NCBI GenBank assembly: GCA_963727895.1
Contig: CAVSHT010000003.1
Span: 96,001 to 160,000, forward strand
DNA: 64,000 nt
Reading direction: 5' to 3'
From: an uncultured Methanosarcinaceae archaeon
GTDB lineage: Archaea > Halobacteriota > Methanosarcinia > Methanosarcinales > Methanosarcinaceae
Made by a program: the position numbers and the translations under genes. The notes below the pieces were generated by a model. It did no database searches. It was not told where the DNA came from and was given only the letters and a program-made list of their open reading frames with translations. Of the stretch, positions 1 to 10,362 are shown piece after piece (position 1 is the first letter of the stretch; every line of letters starts with the position of its first letter).

Positions 1-2169
1 TTGGTAGGCCTCGGTTTCGTAAACCATACGGTACTGCTTCAAGCCGTTTCCATCAAAAATATGCAGTCTTGCCTCCATGGAATTGAAGTATCGAGTTGAA
101 GGGATTTCCTGATACCCGTTACCTGTCCAGTAAGCTTGATAATAACCATCATTATCAAGAGTCCAGGCAGTCATTGCACTGAAAATATATCAATAGCCAT
201 TCTGTCATCAGACATAATGTAACGTGCACCCATTTTACCTGGTCTTGGATCGATAGCTTTAACACTTACGGTTGCTTCTTTTTCGGATTGAGCCGTGAAA
301 AAGGTAGCTGCACCAGGCTCGTTTGTCTCGTTAATACTTACTCTTCTCCCTCCTATGCCTTCCTGCATAGGATTAGCATTTGGCATTCTATGTCCAAAGA
401 TTTCGATCCAATCACCGTAATCCCACCACGACATAACACCATATGCTGTATCAGGATAATTGAAAGTTTGTCCGTTTTTTGGAGGATCATAGATACCATT
501 ATAGTCCATTCCAGGATCTGGAGTATTTGCACGAAGCCATTGGCACTGCTTCTATCCAAGCATCAGGAGGATCAATGGAGCCAGTTGCCTGTTGCAGTGC
601 AGATCCATATACCGGATAAACTAAGATAACTAATATCGCCAGGACTGCAACGACTTGTTCTACTTCTCATGAACTTAAGAAAGCTTGGGATATCTGCATA
701 TGACTTTACATTGGCTTTGAACTTTTTATCAAGTTCATTCCATTTTACCTTTTCAAGCAGAAGACCTCCTACATAGGCACTAAGAACTGAAACATTTACT
801 GAATAGTAATATGCATAACGGTTCTGACTGAATAGTTGCATAGAAAATTAGAATACTCCATACAATAACTAATACCTCTTCAGGCTTAGGCCTTCGAATA
901 TTGCTTCCAATTAGGATAAGTAGTCCTAGAAGAGAAGCAAAGAATGCTTGAGCAGTAAAATTAGCATAAGCCACAGATAGGGTGAAAACGCCTCCTGGAT
1001 AAAACATAGAAGACATCTTCACCAATTGTAGCTGCCCCACCGGTTGGAATTCCAAAAATTGCGTTGGGAGCATTTATTATAGTGGAATAAAGCGACGGTT
1101 CAACTAACTTAATGCTATTAATCCAATGATGCCAATTCCAATTATCACTGGTGGATAATAATGGGAATTAAATCCTTTCTTTATGAATGTTCTTTCAATA
1201 AAACTTAAGAACCGCAAAACAGATCAACTGTCCCCAAAACCACGACTATAGGGAACCAGGAGTAGTTATATATATCAAATCCAATTTGAGAGTGGACGGA
1301 GGGTAACAAAAGCACTGCACTTGGTAAAAATGTTGTTATTCCTACAATCCCAAGATAGTCACTCGACTCTTTATGTAAGTTATTACTAAAGTATTGTACT
1401 ACAGCATAAATCAGAGTGATCAATGCAAAGAGAGAACCTCCTATCCATATAAGCTGGTATACTGAATAAATAACACCAGCCATAGCAGCATATATTAAAG
1501 GTTCTTTGAGGACATTAAATTCTTTATTAAATACATGATCAAAGCTTATATTGTTCTTCTTTGCCGACATCAATGCCAGCATGAAAAACATTATGAAAAA
1601 GGTACTGAATAGAGTTTCTGCGAATGATGATGAGTAAAACCAATCATTGAACGAGCTAAAAATGCTCCAGGGGCAAAAGCCATTAAAATCGCAGCAAGTA
1701 TTCCAGTCTTATGGCCTCCAAGGTATTTTCCTATATAATAAATCGGGATAACTGTAAGAGCTCCTATTATTGAAGGAAAATATGCTGCTATAGTGTTAAC
1801 CAATTCTGAGCTAGGATGACCCAGGCCTAAAATCAGTGAAGGTATAGCTAACATGTAGTCAAATAATGGACCATAATGATTGTAAGTACCGTAAGGATAG
1901 TTAGTCCATGGGTCAAAAAACAGCCTATTGGGAAAATTTTGAAGAAGAAAATATAATAGTCGTATATGATACCAGGCATCATTGCCTACAAACCTTACAA
2001 CACCATTTGGTAAGAATACAGTGTCTGCAGGAAGTGTTTTGATTCGTAGAGATATAAAAACAGTTATTATAACAGCTAGGGTATAAGGCCAGCTGGATTT
2101 TATTTTATCTTTAAAGGATGATACAAGATGATCTTGAGAACTCATAATGATCTCTCTTACAAGGTGCAT
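1..2169 (-). pseudogene. aglB: Archaeal oligosaccharyltransferase (AglB/STT3), fragmented; runs off the window edge
   Basis: Consecutive ORF fragments 1591-2169, 1205-1591, 780-1073, 572-841 and 171-509. They carry GNDAWYH, multiple TM segments and the WWDYG motif. At least 5 frame breaks. Confidence 0.9.
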
Positions 2170-2577
2170 TTACATTTTTAAATCGAAATCAACCTATTTC
2201 TTGGCTTATGAAGTACAGATTTTTGTTTGAAAACCACAAATATGCAATAATAAGACAAATTTTCTCTAAAAAAGTCACAAAAATGTTTACTTCAATAACA
2301 TCAATTGTCTTTTTAATATCCTTTCACCCTTTCAATAACATGTAATACTATTATTATATACGTTTTGGAATACCTAAATTTTTGAATAAAAGCTTTTAAC
2401 ATTACATTATTATTTTATTATAATAATGGGCATAATTTTTTGGGAAATTGGTCTTGAGAAATTGGTCATATCTGAAAGTTATTGATCAACTATGAAAAAG
2501 AAGGTACATCTACATGTTTTAAAAATATTCAATAGCTTATGCCATTGCCAAAGAAGGTAACTTTAAACAATCTTTTA

Positions 2578-2758
2578 GAGCCTATCCGAAAAGTGATTGC
2601 ATATTAGAACCTTTACAATGATTTGATTCCAAAACTCAATATTACTTCTCAGATTTCCTATATTCTGAATAATCAATAAAGTTTCAGATCACGATACCGA
2701 ACTCTAAACAAAAATGAAAGTTAATAATTTGATAATAAATTGGTTTTGGGATAAACTT
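2578..2758. mobile_element. MITE family A copy (degenerate)
   Basis: Left end GAGCCTATCCGAAAA, right end TTTTGGGATAAACTT (imperfect inverted repeat); resembles the copies at 9200 and 13049. Confidence 0.55.
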
Positions 2759-2865
2759 TTTAAGTGCTTTATCCTATGAACTTACTCCCCCGATACAAAA
2801 AAGTCAAACCCAATAACATAAATGATAAAATCAGGCTTTGTAGAAATTTTGTGATTTTGGAGTTC

Positions 2866-2973
2866 TTAGTTAGTTTGGATGACGGTATTATTTTCTTTTA
2901 CTGAAATTGCTGGTGATACTAATGCTGTAATTAGAAAAATAGTTATAAGAGCCAATAATCTAGATTTTTCCAT
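2866..2973 (-). pseudogene. 35-aa signal-peptide-like ORF, probable remnant of a secreted-protein gene
   Basis: Hand translation MEKSRLLALITIFLITALVSPAISVKENNTVIQTN*; GGAGTAGG RBS upstream. Confidence 0.45.
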
Positions 2974-3448
2974 TGTACCTACTCCATTTTATTTCTTATA
3001 ACCCTGAAGATGTCTGCTCAAATAGGTCAAACTCAAGGTAGACAATTTGTGTTTTATGGGAATGTTGTAAAACTCTACACAATGCTTTATTTCAGTTGAA
3101 TACTCGCTAGCTTAGCGTGAAAATGGAGTGCACGTCCAGTAACCTTATGGAATATGATTTTTCAATTCCATTTTTGATTTTTAACTCATCTTAAAAATCA
3201 AAATACAGACCGAAAACTAATTCTAAACAGATCGTCCAAAAAATTACTTATAGTTATAACAGAAATTTTTCTTTTTTAATTTAAAAGTCTAAATGTTTTT
3301 TCTCTAGGTTTTTGTCCTGAATAATCTCTCTGGCAGACTGTAAATATCATGGTATTCGTGAGCATCTGTGTACTCACAGTAATAAAAAAGAAACTAGAGA
3401 AAATCTCTAAATTTTTTCTATGTTTGTTGAGACTACAAGAAAATTATT

Positions 3449-3679
3449 TTATCTATGAACATGATGAGTACTTGTGCTCGAAGCTGTTAGAGCCCCCTCA
3501 CCTTCAGGCCATAAGGCGATTATTTTATCTACGGCAACATGAGTATACTTTCCATTATTATTGAGAGTAAGGACGTTATCAGCACAGGCTTCTATAGTCC
3601 CTTTGAAAACATCAGTTCCACCGCAGTAAACGTCTACAGTTTTGTTTAAATAATGTCCTGTTATGAAGCATTGGTACAT
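3449..3679 (-). CDS. Small MM0924-like (Sm-fold-like) protein
   Basis: YLNKTVDVYCGG...FKGTIEACADNVLTL...VAVDKIIALW pattern; GGAGG RBS. Confidence 0.7.
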   Translation of the reverse strand: MYQCFITGHYLNKTVDVYCGGTDVFKGTIEACADNVLTLNNNGKYTHVAVDKIIALWPEGEGALTASSTSTHHVHR

Positions 3680-3742
3680 GTTTTTCCTCCATTTTCTCTT
3701 TTTAAAATACTCTATTTTTTTCTTTTTGTTTACTCTATCTAA

Positions 3743-4027
3743 TTATTCAATTTTCTCTGTTTTTTCTTTCGTGACAAAGGGCTGATTTATTTTTTCTGGC
3801 ATCCATCTTGGTCTATTTTGGGGAGCCTTGACCGTTTTTTTCCATGCCTTGTAAATATGTATCTTCTTTGTCCCACATTCTCTTAGTCTAATAATTTGTG
3901 GTTTAGATTTTGTTCCTTTTCCACGGGTCGCAACTTTTAGTGCAGCTTGACGAGGTTGTTTTCCTGTGAAAACTCCGCGTTCATTGCCATCTTCGTCCCG
4001 TAAAACAAAATTTCTCTTGTCTGGTAT
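3743..4027 (-). CDS. Non-histone chromosomal protein MC1
   Basis: RNFVLRDEDGNE.GVFTGKQPRQAALK signature. GAGGTGA RBS is followed by ATA at the expected start position. Confidence 0.9.
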   Translation of the reverse strand: MPDKRNFVLRDEDGNERGVFTGKQPRQAALKVATRGKGTKSKPQIIRLRECGTKKIHIYKAWKKTVKAPQNRPRWMPEKINQPFVTKEKTEKIE

Positions 4028-4280
4028 AACAGTCACCTCGAAAATCAACAGCTAGCTATTGATCCTGTTTTTAATACGCCTGGTTTTCTTTCAATAAGGT
4101 AAGAAGTGATTGATTTTTTAAAATATCAATTATTTTAGTTTTGTGAAGTTGTCGATGGTTATTTTCACAGGTTCATTTGATTGCGGTCAACATTGGTTAC
4201 GAAAACTCCACAAAACTGCATATGGAAAACTTTTGATCTGTCATATTTGAGAATTTACATGACGTACAATTTACTCTTTT

Positions 4281-5091
4281 TTACCTTCTTTTATACAAGA
4301 ATACACAAATTAGACAAATGATACCAGCACCTATTCCAAAACCGGGTGTCTTTGTGCTTCCATTCTCAGAATTATTTTGGGTAGTAGCGTTTGTCTGATC
4401 AGGCATTTGTTCAGCGTTTGTTTCTGTACTGTTTTGTTCAGAATCCTGCACGTTATGTTCAGATTGTGTTTCTGTTGCAGCTTCTGTTACATTAGCTGTT
4501 ACATTGCTTTGATTCTCAGAAGAAGCGCTGACGGTATTTGAATTTCCACTACTGCTGCTACTTACGCTGGCGCTACCGGTACTGCTCCCACTGCTCCCAC
4601 TGCTCCCACTGCTCCCACTGCTCCCACTGCTCCCACTGCTCCCACTGCTCCCACTGCTCCCACTGCTCCCACTGCTCCCACTGCTCCCACTGCTACTGCT
4701 GCTACTGCTACTGCTACTGCTACTGCTGCTGTCACTGGAACTACTTTCTTCCACACTTATTACTGCAGTTTTATAGGAAGTTCCATTTTCGTTACTTGCT
4801 GTTAAATTTGCTGTATAAGTTCCTTCTGAAGAATAAACATGAGTTGGACTCTCATCGGTTGATGTATCTCCATCTCCAAAGTCCCAATTCCATCCCGCTG
4901 CATTTTGCGAAAGGTCTGTAAACTGTACGGAAAGAGGGAAATCACCGCTGGTGACATTTGTACTGAAATTGCTAACCGGAATAGAGAAACACTCTGGATG
5001 AATCAATTTTGCAACCATTTCGATCGCATCTACAATCCGTGGTCCTCCTCTACTAATTGTATCAGCGTCAACAAGAATTAGATGGTTATTC
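4281..5091 (-). pseudogene. 5'-truncated surface protein: end of a BtuF-like binding domain, PKD domain, Ser/Gly linker, PGF-CTERM
   Basis: DADTISRGGPRIVDAIE; PKD motif WNWDFGDG; TPGF + TM + KRR tail. The 5' part is replaced by an IS1 end at 5092. Confidence 0.85.
4582..4730. repeat. 12 x 9-bp CTGCTCCCA followed by a CTGCTA/CTG run (encodes SSG/poly-S linker)
   Basis: Read directly from sequence. Confidence 0.95.
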
Positions 5092-5119
5092 GGCATTGTT
5101 ACTTAACTATATCTAGTTA
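5092..5119 (-). mobile_element. Isolated IS1-family right-end stub
   Basis: GGCATTGTTACTTAACTATATCTAGTT matches the reverse complement of the right end of the copy at 30943-31690. Confidence 0.8.
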
Positions 5120-5126
5120 TTTAGTT

Positions 5127-5625
5127 GGTATTGTTAACTAAACATAGTTAACTCTTTATTTCTTTATTTCATCAATAGAATAACCGAGTACTTTAGCATT
5201 TCAAGACTTTTTGTATAACACTTTGTTTTTCTTCTCAATCTTGCTAGAAAATGCCTCAATATGCTGTTATATCCTTCAACAGTGTACGTTTTTGCTTTGG
5301 ATTGAGTATGAATAGTTTCTGGAAGAAACTCTGCATATGCCCTCCAGTGATCTGTCATCACTTCTCCAATCTCTTTTTTCTTCAATTTTTCCCAGAGTAG
5401 TTTTCCAATTTCCGTTCCTCTGCTACCAAAAGAGCAGTTGATGAACTTTTTCCCAACTCTATCAACAGCAATCCAGATCCAGCAATATTTTTTTTTGTTG
5501 CCGATGTACGTGTGCATTTCATCCATTTCAACAATAGAGATCTCATTTTCACTTTTTAGGTCCTCTAACTCCTGACCAAATTTCTTTATCAATTTTTGGA
5601 CAGAAACATGACTCACCCCTAAAAC
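5127..5625 (-). mobile_element. IS1-family element, 5'-truncated at the junction with IS110
   Basis: Terminal IR GGTATTGTTAAC; transposase fragment 5164-5631 near-identical to the other copies. Confidence 0.9.
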
Positions 5626-7145
5626 GCACATGCTTTTCTTCGAATAACAAGCACAACTAATGAAAGTACTCTCCGTTCTTTTTTTTGACTATTAAGCCCT
5701 CATTACCTTGGGCAGTAAGGTTGTCTCGATTTTGGTTTTTCAAAACCGTCCTAAAACTAATCAGTGAATTGCCATCGAAGGCTCAAGTGTGACTTTGATC
5801 ACGGATGCTAAATTGGCCTTTTAGGCAATTCCACTGCCCAAATAAATTTGGTGATCTAATTTGATTGAAGTCATAAACAAAGCTTGTGGTTTAGACATTC
5901 ACAAACTCTTTTTCATTGCTACAATTTTCAGTAGATCTGGTGAAAAACAACAGCAACGTTTCAACAGAGATGATGAAGGAATTTTAGCCCTTAAAAATGG
6001 GGTAATATCAGAAAAATGTGATGTTGTTGCATGTGAATCAACCAGCTACTTTTGGGTTCCGATTCATGATTCATTGGTAAAGCATCTAACTGTGATAGTT
6101 GGAAATGCGCGAGATATGAAGGTATTTACCCATAAAAAACAGATAAGATTGACTCAGAAGTCATTGCACAACTTGCACTTAATAATATGATTCAGCCATC
6201 AAGAGTTTTTCCAAAGGATCATATAGATTTTAGATCATATGTTCGACTTCGGTTAACACTTGTACAAAAAAGAACAGATTTAAAAAATAAAGTTCACTCA
6301 ATTCTTGCATCTGAAATTCAATTCTTGCATCTGAAATGCTACACCTGAATAATGTGCTGACAGACGTTTTTGGCAAGAATGGCAGAATGATCTTATTAGG
6401 AATCTCTTCAGGTAAGAGTGTTGATCAGATTATTGCAAGCCTCTCTCCAAATGTTCGGAAAAAAGCTGCTCAGATAAGAGAAATTCTTGATCGAGAAATT
6501 TCTCAAAGTGCTGCATTCAGACTTCAGATCTGTCTGAAACTCATAAAAAGTCTTGATGATGAACTCGAAGCTTTAGAAAAAGAAATTTTCAATTATGCTT
6601 CTCGAAATCATAAGCTAGAAATGGAGATTTTAATGTCAGTTCCAGGTATAGGGGAACTTGGTGCGGCAATTTTACTTGCTGAAATAGGCAACTTTAAGAA
6701 TTTTTCTTCTGGAAATAAGCTTGCTTCTTGGCTTGGTCTAGTCCCTAATGTGTATCAATCTGCAGATAAATACTATAACGGCAGAATCACAAAGAGGGGA
6801 TCAAAAGTAGCAAGGTGGATTCTGACACAGATTGCTCAAGCAGCAGCAAGAAAGAAGAATAGCAGGTTAAAAGAGTTTTTTAACAGAAAAAAGAAGTCGA
6901 TTGGACATGCAAAAGCAATTATTGCCTTAGCAAGGAAAATTGCAACTGGCATCTTATTACAAACGATGAGATGGACGAAGATGAAACCGGATATCAAAAG
7001 GGAGAAATCCAAAAGAGAAAGATTATTGAGACTGAGATTTTTTAGGTTGATGAACGGATTAAAATAATTAGTGGAATATTTGCGGTTATGGGGAAAAAGG
7101 ATCAAGAGAGCACGTGAGGATAATCTCCTCATGTACTTTCATGCT
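5626..7145 (+). mobile_element. IS110-family element with frameshifted transposase (5861-7067); boundaries approximate
   Basis: CGLDIHK and ACEST (DEDD domain), VPGIG and GLVP...QSA motifs. Frameshifts include a 20-bp duplication at 6298-6337. Confidence 0.85.
5700..5845 (+). ncRNA. Candidate IS110 bridge RNA
   Basis: Nested inverted repeats in the non-coding end upstream of the transposase: 5708-5716/5833-5841 and 5762-5773/5824-5836, plus inner hairpins. Confidence 0.45.
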
Positions 7146-7149
7146 AAAT

Positions 7150-7440
7150 AGAAAAAAGGTATGTAAATACTTAAAGCTAACTAATAATTCTTGGAGAGTA
7201 AATGAAACTCACGTTAAAGTAAAAGGAAAATGGAAATACCGTTATCATGCAGTTGATTCAACTGGAAACGCAGTTGATTTTCTGCTAAGTACAAAGCGTG
7301 ATAAGAAAGCCGCGAAAAGTTTTTTAAGAAAGCTTTGAGGTTTAATCAGAATCAAATTCCAAGGGTAATAACCGTCTATAAAAATCCAGCTTATCCACCT
7401 GTTATAGATAAACTGAAAAATGATAAAATACTGCCTAAAA
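7150..7440 (+). pseudogene. IS6-family transposase fragment
   Basis: WRVNETHVKVKGKWKYRYHAVDSTG.AVDFLLS..RD motif. Confidence 0.8.
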
Positions 7441-7441
7441 A

Positions 7442-7592
7442 GGTTCCGTTGCAAAAATCTTCTTCTTACACTTTTAGGCTATAATTGGTACCTTTATGTA
7501 CTATTTTTATGGGTGATGAGAATAGTTAACTTTCCTAATTATGAAGGTTTTCAACGATTATGTAAAATAACCAGATTTTTTGCAATAGAACC
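7442..7592. mobile_element. MITE with IS6-type terminal inverted repeats
   Basis: GGTTCCGTTGCAAAAATCT ... AGATTTTTTGCAATAGAACC. Confidence 0.7.
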
Positions 7593-7620
7593 TTTGGATA
7601 GGCCCTAAATACAAATATTT

Positions 7621-7977
7621 TCAGGTTCTCCCGTATTTATCCTCAAGCCTCTCTATATCGTCTTCCCCGAGGTAATTTCCCTGCGCGATTTCAACAAAAA
7701 CGAGATTTTTATTGTCTATATTTTTTACACGATGTATCTCGTGTACCAGAAGATCAACAGAATCGCCTTCCAAAACCTTGATTTCACTTTCATTTTTGGT
7801 TACAATTCCCTTTCCACTGATTATGTACCAGTGCTCGCTTCTGTGAGAATGACGTTGAAGTGAGATTTCACTATGGGGTAATATAGTAAGGATTTTGACT
7901 TTATATCCTAGCCTCTGCATAATCACCTCATAGTGCCCCCAGGGCCTTTCTGACTCATTTTTGCATTTTGAACTCAC
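7621..7977 (-). CDS. Phosphomannose isomerase type II C-terminal cupin
   Basis: RPWGHY, SLQRH.HRSEHW and YLGEDDIERLED motifs. Confidence 0.9.
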   Translation of the reverse strand: MSSKCKNESERPWGHYEVIMQRLGYKVKILTILPHSEISLQRHSHRSEHWYIISGKGIVTKNESEIKVLEGDSVDLLVHEIHRVKNIDNKNLVFVEIAQGNYLGEDDIERLEDKYGRT

Positions 7978-8992
7978 GTTTGCATTTCTCCAGAATTATT
8001 TCGTACACCTTAATGTAATCATCTACCATCCTGTCAACAGAGAAACGTTTTTCCACACTTTCCCTACATTTTTTGCGGGATATAGAACCAACCTTTTGCA
8101 CAGTCTCGGCAGCTTCTTCAACGCTGTTAATCAGAAATCCAGTTTCTTTATCCCTTATTAGCTCAGGCATCGAACCCCTGTTCATTGCAATTACCGGTGT
8201 ACCGCTAGCCATAGCTTCAACCACACCAAGTCCGAAGGGCTCATCATAATTGATCATGTGCAGCAAAGCAGATGCATTTGACAGGAGTTCCTTCTTTCGC
8301 TCAGGATCGACATTTCCCTCATAAATAATCTGTTCATTGTCTATATAGGGTAAGACTTCTTTTTCGAAATAAGTCTGGTCCGCGATAAAACCAGCTATTC
8401 TGAGTTTTCGGCCGGTCTTTTTTGCAACTTCTATTGCTTCTTTTGCGCCCTTATTTTCATGCAAGCGCGATAAAAAGAGGAGATAATCCTGTGGATTCTC
8501 ATTGAAATAAAAGCTTTCTACGTCTATTCCATGCATAACTGTTGCTATATAATCCAGTTCACTGCATCTGTAAGCATCACTTATCGATACATAAAAAGTT
8601 TTATCATTGTACTTTTTATAGACAGGTAAAATTTTCCGTGAAGAAATTCCATGTATGGTTGTTACAACTGGCGTATTGACAAGTGAACTGTAGGTCAGAG
8701 GAAGATAATCAAAATGGTTATGGATTATATCGAACTCACTTGCTCTCTCAAAAACTTCCGATATGTGCAGGCATTCGCATACCTTTACTAATATACTATT
8801 ATCTTCTTCGTAGGGTCTAGGGCATACTGCATGAAGTTTGGCTAAAGTGTGAGAATCTGCTGTCGCAAATAATGTAACGTCAATTCCTCTTTTAACCAGC
8901 CCCTCGGTTAATAAAGATACTACCGATTCCCATGGTCCATACTTTTTAGGTGGCGTGCTCCAGGCAATCGGAGACAACATTGCAATTCTTAT
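7955..8992 (-). CDS. GT4 glycosyltransferase
   Basis: TPP..YG, DIIHNH and EPFGL..VEAMASGTPVI motifs. Start extended to ATA at 8992 behind a GGGGGT RBS; first ATG is at 8980. Confidence 0.9.
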   Translation of the reverse strand: MRIAMLSPIAWSTPPKKYGPWESVVSLLTEGLVKRGIDVTLFATADSHTLAKLHAVCPRPYEEDNSILVKVCECLHISEVFERASEFDIIHNHFDYLPLTYSSLVNTPVVTTIHGISSRKILPVYKKYNDKTFYVSISDAYRCSELDYIATVMHGIDVESFYFNENPQDYLLFLSRLHENKGAKEAIEVAKKTGRKLRIAGFIADQTYFEKEVLPYIDNEQIIYEGNVDPERKKELLSNASALLHMINYDEPFGLGVVEAMASGTPVIAMNRGSMPELIRDKETGFLINSVEEAAETVQKVGSISRKKCRESVEKRFSVDRMVDDYIKVYEIILEKCKREFKMQK

Positions 8993-9057
8993 AATAATAC
9001 CCCCAAAATATTTAGATCTCTAAATTTATTCTTAAATCCAAATGTAATTTCATTTTA

Positions 9058-9175
9058 TAGGACTTACGCACTTGAAGTACAAAATCAAGAACAATTGACG
9101 TTGTGACGAATTCAGTGTTTTAGACAGTTAAGGGTTTAATGCTATTGATTTCTCAGTCCAACTGCGTAAGTCCTA
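9058..9175. mobile_element. MITE family B, 118 bp
   Basis: Perfect TIR TAGGACTTACGCA / TGCGTAAGTCCTA; an inverted second copy lies at 14316-14433. Confidence 0.85.
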
Positions 9176-9199
9176 ATTTTAGTTATAATTTTATTTTAA

Positions 9200-9339
9200 G
9201 AGCTTATCCCAAGACTCAAAATTGGTTCTCCTAATCTAGTATTCTTGGTGATCAATCGAGTTTATGGTCATGGAAAATAGTTCATAAGGAAGTTGAAATT
9301 TTACTTTTTTGAGAATAAAACTGGTTTTGGGATGATATC
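9200..9339. mobile_element. MITE family A copy overlapping the 3' end of the GH130 gene
   Basis: GAGCTTATCCCAAGAC ... GGTTTTGGGATGATATC. Confidence 0.7.
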
Positions 9340-10362
9340 TAATTTTATATCACCTTTCTTTGGATCAGTGGATTTTCCTCTGTTTTCTTCAAACCATCTG
9401 CAGTATTCATCAGGGCATTGTGTCTCAGGACATCCATGGATATACTCCAGGATATCGTGCACTTTTGCGCTGGCCATTGATACTGATACATCCGCACTTC
9501 CATAATAAATACGGATTTCATCGTTCACTAAGACCCATCCGCAAGGGAAAACAACATCATTAACGTCTCCACTGCGTTCATACATTTCACGAGGTCCGAA
9601 AACCCATCCTTCGGACCTGTGGAGCACTTTTCTGGGATCTTCAAGATCAAGAAGAGCCAGTCCAAGCCGATAACTTGCTTTAGATGTTGTCTGGCGTACT
9701 CCATGGTACATAATTAACCATCCGTCAGATGTGAGGAGTGGCTGAGGGGATAGACCTATCTTGTTTGCATCCCACCATCCACCTTCTCGGGCATACAGAA
9801 GAACCTCATGTTCTCCCCAGTATTTCATATCTGGAGAAAAGGATATCCAGATGTTTGCCTTCGCACTTGCAGACACAGGCCTATGTAACATTGCCCATCT
9901 ACCATTAAATCGTACAGGAAAAACAGCAGCATCTTTATTTTCAGGAGGTAGAGTAGCTCCCATTCGTTCGAAATTACGGAAATCTTCTGTAAGAGCAAGA
10001 GATGGTAAGGGCCCCGAATCTGAGAAAGCGGTATATGCTACAGCCCATTTTCCAAGTTCATCTATATAAGTTATACGTGCATCTTCAATGCCGTATATCT
10101 CTTCAGGGTAATTTACGGGATCTGGAGAAAAGGTTGGCTCAGGATCAATTTCCCAGCCATCAATTCCGTTTCTGCTCCTGGCTATTGTAAAGTGAGAAAA
10201 GCCTCGGTGGTCTTCGACCCGTACCATTAATAAAGTTATACCATCAACTATGACAGCCGCAGGGTTAAACACTGAATTTGCCTGATAAGGCCAATTTTCA
10301 ACAGTTAGTATAGGATTTTTCTCACACCTTTGGAACAATTCTCCATGGTCTTTCCATATCAT
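9301..10362 (-). CDS. GH130-family glycoside hydrolase/phosphorylase
   Basis: NPIL, VFNPAA, GIEDARIT, ENKDA, MLHRP, YHGV and VVFPCG motifs. Confidence 0.9.
   Translation of the reverse strand: MIWKDHGELFQRCEKNPILTVENWPYQANSVFNPAAVIVDGITLLMVRVEDHRGFSHFTIARSRNGIDGWEIDPEPTFSPDPVNYPEEIYGIEDARITYIDELGKWAVAYTAFSDSGPLPSLALTEDFRNFERMGATLPPENKDAAVFPVRFNGRWAMLHRPVSASAKANIWISFSPDMKYWGEHEVLLYAREGGWWDANKIGLSPQPLLTSDGWLIMYHGVRQTTSKASYRLGLALLDLEDPRKVLHRSEGWVFGPREMYERSGDVNDVVFPCGWVLVNDEIRIYYGSADVSVSMASAKVHDILEYIHGCPETQCPDEYCRWFEENRGKSTDPKKGDIKLDIIPKPVLFSKK

Noticed and set aside
4538..4921. Cys/His-rich ORF (CSH)n and the (VGA)n ORF 4562-4756
   Set aside because: Alternative-frame shadows of the 9-bp repeat inside the Ser/Gly linker gene.
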